Source of the DNA: Fimicolochytrium jonesii
Lineage: Eukaryota
NCBI RefSeq assembly: GCF_025526975.1
Contig: NW_026515697.1
Location: 372,001 to 399,099, forward strand
DNA: 27,099 nucleotides
Direction of reading: 5' to 3'
Shown piece by piece: positions 19,177 through 27,099 of this stretch. Position 1 is the stretch's first letter. Each line of letters begins with the position of its first letter. The notes beneath the pieces were generated by a model that was not told where the DNA came from, made no database searches, and worked only from the letters and a program-made list of their open reading frames with translations. A program made the position numbers and the translations under genes.

Positions 19177-19626
19177 CAGGACTGTTCCCGGTTATGGGTT
19201 ATTTTTGGCCATCCAAAAAGTGTCATATAAAGTTGCTAGCAATGTTCAGGGGCATCTTACTGTAATGTGCTTCAAGTTTTGGGGCATGTTTTCCACTCAA
19301 TGCCCCGGGAAAATCTGTTTTTCCGATTTTTGACTATGAAAATATTGCCAAAATGCATTTTCTGAAACTCTGAGTGGATGGATTTCGCTTAAAGTGGAAT
19401 ATGTCTCAGAAAACATCCCCAAAAACATCTAGGAACCTTCATCTACTCTAGTATTCATCAACTCCTGGCACTTTTTGTTTCCAGGCAATATGGGGGTGTT
19501 CTCCAGTTGGTGGCGAATGACTCATTTTGGTTTGCTCTCAATTTGCTACATGTTCAAATCCTTTTGAGGCCCAAATACTTTCTTTTCTTCCACTGCTCCT
19601 CCTGATGGTGGAGGAATGCAAATGCC
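19177..19626. mobile_element. Cassette A, copy 2, followed by a 51-nt spacer
   Basis: Same ends and length as A copy 1. Confidence 0.85.
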
Positions 19627-19677
19627 TTAGGGTTAGGGTTAGGGTTAGGGTTAGGGTTAGGGTTAGGGTTAGGGTTA

Positions 19678-20127
19678 CAGGACTGTTCCCGGTTATGGGT
19701 TATTTTTGGCCATCCAAAAAGTGTCATATAAAGTTGCTAGCAATGTTCAGGGGCATCTTACTGTAATGTGCTTCAAGTTTTGGGGCATGTTTTCCACTCA
19801 ATGCCCCGGGAAAATCTGTTTTTCCGATTTTTGACTATGAAAATATTGCCAAAATGCATTTTCTGAAACTCTGAGTGGATGGATTTCGCTTAAAGTGGAA
19901 TATGTCTCAGAAAACATCCCCAAAAACATCTAGGAACCTTCATCTACTCTAGTATTCATCAACTCCTGGCACTTTTTGTTTCCAGGCAATATGGGGGTGT
20001 TCTCCAGTTGGTGGCGAATGACTCATTTTGGTTTGCTCTCAATTTGCTACATGTTCAAATCCTTTTGAGGCCCAAATACTTTCTTTTCTTCCACTGCTCC
20101 TCCTGATGGTGGAGGAATGCAAATGCC
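19678..20127. mobile_element. Cassette A, copy 3, followed by a 51-nt spacer
   Basis: Same ends and length as A copy 1. Confidence 0.85.
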
Positions 20128-20178
20128 TTAGGGTTAGGGTTAGGGTTAGGGTTAGGGTTAGGGTTAGGGTTAGGGTTA

Positions 20179-22352
20179 CAGGACTGTTCCGGGTTATGGG
20201 TTATTTTTGGTGGTCCGGAAAGTGTCAAAAATAGGTGCTAGCAATGTTCAGGGGCGTCTTACTGTACTGTACATAAAATTGTGGGGCATGTTTTCCACTC
20301 AATGCTCCCGGAAAATCCGTTTTTCAGATTTTTTACTATGAAAATGTGACCAAAACGCATTTTCTGAAGCTCTGAGTGGATGGAATTTGCTTGAAGTGGA
20401 ATATGTCTCAGAAAACATCCCCAAAAACATCTAGGAACCTTCATCTACTCTAGTATTCATCAACTCCTGGCACTTTTTGTTTCCAGGCAATATGGGGGTG
20501 TTCTCCAGTTGGTGGCGAATGGCTCATTTTGGTTTGCTCTCAATTTGCTACATGTTCAAATCCTTTTGAGGCCCAAATACTTTCTTTTCTTCCACTGCTC
20601 CTCCTGATGGTGGAGGATGGCAAATGCCTTTTTGCATTGCAATACATGGATATGACAGGGTGTTTGTCAACCAGCAAATCATGCAAAAAGCATGCAGTGC
20701 ATGTCCGTTTGCATGCACTATGTCATCCGCACCACCTTGGACACCTGAGGAAAGTTGTGCGGATTTGAAAGATAATATAGTTACGGAAGTGGAACCAGGG
20801 AGATTCAATGACTATTGAAGGAGCTATGGCACACGTAAGTCCCCAGGGGTGGGACTTAGAGAATTTTCAAAGATTTTGGTGACTCATGGCGCAGGTTTGA
20901 TTCTCAGAGGGGGCCAGGCCTTCTTTTCTTTTTTTCCTCCTTCAAAATGTCTTTAAATACGTCTAGCATTGCTTGACAGTGTCAGGAAACAATCAAAAAG
21001 CTGAGAAGTGCAGGTAAAAAGTGTTTTTGGCCGATCTACAAGCAAAACATGCGAAAAACCGGCGGTGCGTGTCCATTCGCATGCACTACATCATCCGTTC
21101 CACCTTGGCCATCCAAGGCAATGGTGCGGATTCAAAAGATAGTATAGGTACGGAAGGGAAACCAGGGAGATTCAATCACTATTGACAGAGCTATGGCACC
21201 CGCAAGCTCCAATGGGTGGGACTTAGAGAATTTTCGAAAATTTTGCATTTTGCGCCGTCTGGTTGACCTGACCAAACACAGGTAACATTCTACCGACAGA
21301 CATTGGCATAGTGGCAAGTGCTAATGTTATCTGAACTAGTGCCCCAAGTTCCAACCCCGGTTTTGCTGGGGATACTTTTTTTTTTCTTTTTCCCGCGCCA
21401 CCCGAAACACGATGTGGGCGTAACGAAAGTTGTAGCCAGATATATGTTCTCATAGTTAAAGTCATCTCAGATGTGCAATTAAGCTGTAAACGGCTGCAGA
21501 AAATGCAAAAAACAAAATAGGATTGACGCTTTTCTCAAAATCCAACACCACCTGGAATGCATTAAAGCCAGTCCATACACATGTCCTTTACCTAGGAACC
21601 CCCTACAGATGAATTCCCATAGTCCCCGGACACCCATAGCGCACTCTATACAACTCTACTATGCACGCATACTGGTTAGGGTTAGCCTGCGCCCTATCTG
21701 GCGAATACGTTTTCAATGCATTTCATCGATGGCAAATAGCGCAGTTGCATAAGATACTCAATTCACAACCGAGGGTGCATGGTTCAAACCTTGCGTTCGA
21801 CACAACAACAGAGGGATTTTTCCGGGGGCAAAATAAATATCACCATGCACCCATATCAATACGATGTGGACTGGATGGCGGTTACGATCAGTTTAACTGA
21901 TCTTAACCAGCTGTTCGATAGGTCCACCATTGTCCAAATGGCGGGCGCTCGTCCGCCGTTCAAGGATGACCCATTCTATAAGGAATGGATTACGGTTGTG
22001 AGCCAACCGTTCATACTGAGCATCCCGCCGAGTCGGGGTGTTAGAGAGGGGATCATTGAGGGATTATATAGGGACCATGGAATAATTGTGCGGGGGAGTG
22101 ACAGCCCTAATAGCACGATTCAGGGCAGACAGCATGTGGCGTTGGATACCCTGATTGGGACCTTGTCGGAATGCGTTGAAGGGGGAATGGTTAGGATAGT
22201 GCAGTACGGGATGAAGGCTTACTGGGAGACCATGGCAGCGAAGGATGCGGTCTACGAGAGTTCAGGGGGCCGGTCGAATACCTTCGACATAGGATTGATG
22301 ATCAGGAGCATGGATATCCCGGTGCTGAGGGGACGAGATGAGGCAGGGGATG
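20179..22352. mobile_element. Cassette B, copy 3 (ORF 21779-22360)
   Basis: Same ends, length and ORF translations as copy 1. Confidence 0.85.
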
Positions 22353-22730
22353 AGGGTTAGGGTTAGGGTTAGGGTTAGGGTTAGGGTTAGGGTTAGGGTT
22401 AGGGTTAGGGTTAGGGTTAGGGTTAGGGTTAGGGTTAGGGTTAGGGTTAGGGTTAGGGTTAGGGTTAGGGTTAGGGTTAGGGTTAGGGTTAGGGTTAGGG
22501 TTAGGGTTAGGGTTAGGGTTAGGGTTAGGGTTAGTTAGGGTTAGGGTTAGGGTTAGGGTTAGGGTTAGGGTTAGGGTTAGGGTTAGGGTTAGGGTTAGGG
22601 TTAGGGTTAGGGTTAGGGTTAGGGTTAGGGTTAGGGTTAGGGTTAGGGTTAGGGTTAGGGTTAGGGTTAGGGTTAGGGTTAGGGTTAGGGTTAGGGTTAG
22701 GGTTAGGGTTAGGGTTAGGGTTTAGGGTTA
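22353..22730 (+). repeat. Longest interstitial TTAGGG tract (378 nt; TTAG and TTTAGGG variants)
   Basis: Read directly from the sequence. Confidence 0.97.
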
Positions 22731-23180
22731 CAGGACTGTTCCCGGTTATGGGTTATTTTTGGCCATCCAAAAAGTGTCATATAAAGTTGCTAGCAATGTT
22801 CAGGGGCATCTTACTGTAATGTGCTTCAAGTTTTGGGGCATGTTTTCCACTCAATGCCCCGGGAAAATCTGTTTTTCCGATTTTTGACTATGAAAATATT
22901 GCCAAAATGCATTTTCTGAAACTCTGAGTGGATGGATTTCGCTTAAAGTGGAATATGTCTCAGAAAACATCCCCAAAAACATCTAGGAACCTTCATCTAC
23001 TCTAGTATTCATCAACTCCTGGCACTTTTTGTTTCCAGGCAATATGGGGGTGTTCTCCAGTTGGTGGCGAATGACTCATTTTGGTTTGCTCTCAATTTGC
23101 TACATGTTCAAATCCTTTTGAGGCCCAAATACTTTCTTTTCTTCCACTGCTCCTCCTGATGGTGGAGGAATGCAAATGCC
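22731..23180. mobile_element. Cassette A, copy 4, followed by a 51-nt spacer
   Basis: Same ends and length as A copy 1. Confidence 0.85.
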
Positions 23181-23231
23181 TTAGGGTTAGGGTTAGGGTT
23201 AGGGTTAGGGTTAGGGTTAGGGTTAGGGTTA

Positions 23232-25405
23232 CAGGACTGTTCCGGGTTATGGGTTATTTTTGGTGGTCCGGAAAGTGTCAAAAATAGGTGCTAGCAATGT
23301 TCAGGGGCGTCTTACTGTACTGTACATAAAATTGTGGGGCATGTTTTCCACTCAATGCTCCCGGAAAATCCGTTTTTCAGATTTTTTACTATGAAAATGT
23401 GACCAAAACGCATTTTCTGAAGCTCTGAGTGGATGGAATTTGCTTGAAGTGGAATATGTCTCAGAAAACATCCCCAAAAACATCTAGGAACCTTCATCTA
23501 CTCTAGTATTCATCAACTCCTGGCACTTTTTGTTTCCAGGCAATATGGGGGTGTTCTCCAGTTGGTGGCGAATGGCTCATTTTGGTTTGCTCTCAATTTG
23601 CTACATGTTCAAATCCTTTTGAGGCCCAAATACTTTCTTTTCTTCCACTGCTCCTCCTGATGGTGGAGGATGGCAAATGCCTTTTTGCATTGCAATACAT
23701 GGATATGACAGGGTGTTTGTCAACCAGCAAATCATGCAAAAAGCATGCAGTGCATGTCCGTTTGCATGCACTATGTCATCCGCACCACCTTGGACACCTG
23801 AGGAAAGTTGTGCGGATTTGAAAGATAATATAGTTACGGAAGTGGAACCAGGGAGATTCAATGACTATTGAAGGAGCTATGGCACACGTAAGTCCCCAGG
23901 GGTGGGACTTAGAGAATTTTCAAAGATTTTGGTGACTCATGGCGCAGGTTTGATTCTCAGAGGGGGCCAGGCCTTCTTTTCTTTTTTTCCTCCTTCAAAA
24001 TGTCTTTAAATACGTCTAGCATTGCTTGACAGTGTCAGGAAACAATCAAAAAGCTGAGAAGTGCAGGTAAAAAGTGTTTTTGGCCGATCTACAAGCAAAA
24101 CATGCGAAAAACCGGCGGTGCGTGTCCATTCGCATGCACTACATCATCCGTTCCACCTTGGCCATCCAAGGCAATGGTGCGGATTCAAAAGATAGTATAG
24201 GTACGGAAGGGAAACCAGGGAGATTCAATCACTATTGACAGAGCTATGGCACCCGCAAGCTCCAATGGGTGGGACTTAGAGAATTTTCGAAAATTTTGCA
24301 TTTTGCGCCGTCTGGTTGACCTGACCAAACACAGGTAACATTCTACCGACAGACATTGGCATAGTGGCAAGTGCTAATGTTATCTGAACTAGTGCCCCAA
24401 GTTCCAACCCCGGTTTTGCTGGGGATACTTTTTTTTTTCTTTTTCCCGCGCCACCCGAAACACGATGTGGGCGTAACGAAAGTTGTAGCCAGATATATGT
24501 TCTCATAGTTAAAGTCATCTCAGATGTGCAATTAAGCTGTAAACGGCTGCAGAAAATGCAAAAAACAAAATAGGATTGACGCTTTTCTCAAAATCCAACA
24601 CCACCTGGAATGCATTAAAGCCAGTCCATACACATGTCCTTTACCTAGGAACCCCCTACAGATGAATTCCCATAGTCCCCGGACACCCATAGCGCACTCT
24701 ATACAACTCTACTATGCACGCATACTGGTTAGGGTTAGCCTGCGCCCTATCTGGCGAATACGTTTTCAATGCATTTCATCGATGGCAAATAGCGCAGTTG
24801 CATAAGATACTCAATTCACAACCGAGGGTGCATGGTTCAAACCTTGCGTTCGACACAACAACAGAGGGATTTTTCCGGGGGCAAAATAAATATCACCATG
24901 CACCCATATCAATACGATGTGGACTGGATGGCGGTTACGATCAGTTTAACTGATCTTAACCAGCTGTTCGATAGGTCCACCATTGTCCAAATGGCGGGCG
25001 CTCGTCCGCCGTTCAAGGATGACCCATTCTATAAGGAATGGATTACGGTTGTGAGCCAACCGTTCATACTGAGCATCCCGCCGAGTCGGGGTGTTAGAGA
25101 GGGGATCATTGAGGGATTATATAGGGACCATGGAATAATTGTGCGGGGGAGTGACAGCCCTAATAGCACGATTCAGGGCAGACAGCATGTGGCGTTGGAT
25201 ACCCTGATTGGGACCTTGTCGGAATGCGTTGAAGGGGGAATGGTTAGGATAGTGCAGTACGGGATGAAGGCTTACTGGGAGACCATGGCAGCGAAGGATG
25301 CGGTCTACGAGAGTTCAGGGGGCCGGTCGAATACCTTCGACATAGGATTGATGATCAGGAGCATGGATATCCCGGTGCTGAGGGGACGAGATGAGGCAGG
25401 GGATG
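23232..25405. mobile_element. Cassette B, copy 4 (ORF 24832-25413), followed by an 85-nt tract (25406-25490)
   Basis: Same ends, length and ORF translations as copy 1. Confidence 0.85.
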
Positions 25406-25490
25406 AGGGTTAGGGTTAGGGTTAGGGTTAGGGTTAGGGTTAGGGTTAGGGTTAGGGTTAGGGTTAGGGTTAGGGTTAGGGTTAGGGTTA

Positions 25491-26905
25491 CAAGACCCCC
25501 TGGGTTGGGTTTTATTATTGGGTTGCCTGGAACCCTAGGGACTTAGAAATTTTCGAGTTTTCTGGCTTTTGGGTGTGTTCTACAGTTCGAATTTTTGACT
25601 CTGAGGGAGGTAGTGGCGGGGGGTATTGCGCACCTAGGCAAGTCGGGGAGGACTAGGTGTGCAAGGGCAAGTGATGGGTCATATGGGCGGTGGTGCGGGT
25701 ACGGGGGGGGGGGGTTGATATAAAGGGGACATATATGTTATATATACGTTATAGGACTTGTGCAAATTGGGATTTTTCTAGTGCCGATCCGGAGTTGGCG
25801 TCCTAATTGAAAAGTTGGCCCCATATCATATTCTCTAATTGAAGTACTCTCGGATTGGCAATCCGTGCGGAAACGGCTTCAGAAACTTAGAAAAACGAAA
25901 TTTTCACGCGACGGGGGGTAAAAAGTTGGAAAATGTGGTGATATCTCAACATCTGGCTGACTATCCAGTGTAGGGCACTTAATGAAAGTTGATTGTAGCC
26001 TATGGTTTGCATAGCTGATGTGGTAGCAAATCTTGTGTAACCTTGCTTTTGGCTGAAGAACAGGGCCCCTTTTCAATTCTCAAGTCGTGATCCCCAAGAC
26101 CTCCTAACAAAAGACACGAGTACGCATGTGCAGGCAAAGGGGTTTGGCCGTGTTCTCCAGTAAACATTTTGTGAATTCCGCTGTGCATCGTAGACTGTTT
26201 GTAGGACCCTTGCGGTCTGTTATTTACCAAAACTGTTGAACATTTTCCGGTTAAAGCAGTGTTCTACAGTTTGTCCATGCAGGTTAGAGCACGTGACCTG
26301 GGCTTGCTTGCAGGGTACGCAGAGTGAGAGGGTTGGGGTTAGAGATTTCCCAGATCACTTATTAAATTCAGCCAAACTGTCTCTGTCATGGAACATTTAA
26401 AATGGTGGAAAGTAGTATTGCATTTATTGATTTAGAGTACATTGGAAAAGCGCACATTCAGAAAAGGGTTTTGGTGTAAAGTTCTCAACGACATTCAACA
26501 GTACTAAAGGACTTCCGCAAGCATGTCACGGACTTGGTTCTGTCCAAAAGTCGTACAGCACTCAGGGTACCTGGCGCAGCGGAGACGGAAACGATGCTGA
26601 CCGCCAATGCTATGAAAGCTGAGCCTCCACAGTTGGGACATTGAAGCTGATCACGATGCTGATGGAAGAGTTCACGGATATTGCCAATGGGAGCAGCATC
26701 AGGCACTTCCCCATCCCCATGACCCCACCAAGCACGAGCAGGATCAATGACGGGTGCAATGCCTTTGAACCATCCGGGATTGAAACCAAAAGAGTTGAGA
26801 ACATCTCGGAAGCGCTGACAGTCTGTCACAGTAGTCTGTCTATTGCGATCTCCTCTGAATAGAACTCTGGTGGCAGCGTCCATGATGCCATTGATGAGAC
26901 TGTAG
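25491..26905. mobile_element. Telomere-embedded cassette C (single copy, distant relative of A/B)
   Basis: Starts GGGTTA|CAAGAC. Shares GGGACTTAGA(G)AATTTTCGA and GTGTTCT(C/A)CAGT motifs with A/B. Ends GTAG|TAGGG. Confidence 0.7.
26485..26905 (-). CDS. Cassette C ORF, probably 5'-truncated by the terminal telomere; contains a CPNCGG zinc-ribbon-like motif
   Basis: The 132-aa ORF (26883-26485) stays open upstream (YYSLINGI) up to and into the telomere repeats. Confidence 0.45.
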
Positions 26906-27099
26906 TAGGGTTTAGGGTTAGGGTTAGGGTTAGGGTTAGGTTAGGGTTAGGGTTAGGTTAGGGTTAGGGTTAGGGTTAGGGTTAGGGTTAGGGTTAGGGT
27001 TAGGTTAGGGTTAGGGTTGGGTTAGGGTTAGGGTTAGGGTTAGGGTTAGGGTTAGGTTAGGGTTAGGGTTAGGGTTAGGGTTAGGTTAGGGTCTAGGGT
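26906..27099 (+). repeat. Terminal telomere (TTAGGG)n; probable chromosome end
   Basis: G-rich strand runs 5'->3' to the end of the window, with several TTAGG/TTGGG variants. Confidence 0.93.

Noticed and set aside
13721..22538. ORFs with (RV)n or (NP)n runs (e.g. 13721-14074, 18927-19226, 18963-19265, 22338-22538)
   Set aside because: They are translations of TTAGGG/CCCTAA tracts, not genes.
13910..27099. Repeat-spacer layout superficially like a CRISPR array
   Set aside because: The repeats are telomeric hexamers of variable length, the spacers are 0.45-2.2 kb and duplicated, the context is eukaryotic and there are no cas genes.
26940..27099. Variant repeats (TTAGG, TTGGG, CTAGGG) in the terminal tract as biological variants
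   Set aside because: At a contig end these are as likely to be low-coverage base-calling errors.

Overview
This window is a eukaryotic, most likely fungal, right chromosome end: it has TTAGGG telomeres and short GT-AG introns, and the G-rich strand runs to the window end. Bases 1-8150 are a subtelomeric patchwork. They hold a 5'-partial ORF with tandem CxxC zinc-finger modules fused to a DEDDh exonuclease, a Ty1/copia pol fragment with an in-frame chromodomain and an inverted tail, several hairpins, and a predicted 6-exon coiled-coil gene. Bases 8154-13911 are a decayed Ty3/gypsy chromovirus with a Tf1/sushi-type self-priming PBS and a -1 frameshift signal. Its 3' LTR is cut at base 256 of 541 and runs directly into telomere repeats. 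Bases 13910-27099 are the main novelty: a 13-kb telomere-embedded array of three related cassettes, A (450 bp), B (2174 bp) and C (~1415 bp), in the order A-B-B-A-A-B-A-B-C. The cassettes are separated by TTAGGG tracts and capped by the terminal telomere. All nine share the same proximal junction, GGGTTA|CA(G/A)GAC, and end distally at telomere microhomologies. This polarity fits non-autonomous telomere-targeted retroelements (MoTeR/Cnl1-like or Athena/Coprina-like) that were later amplified by recombination. No RT gene for them is present in the window, and organism and family identities cannot be confirmed without searches.
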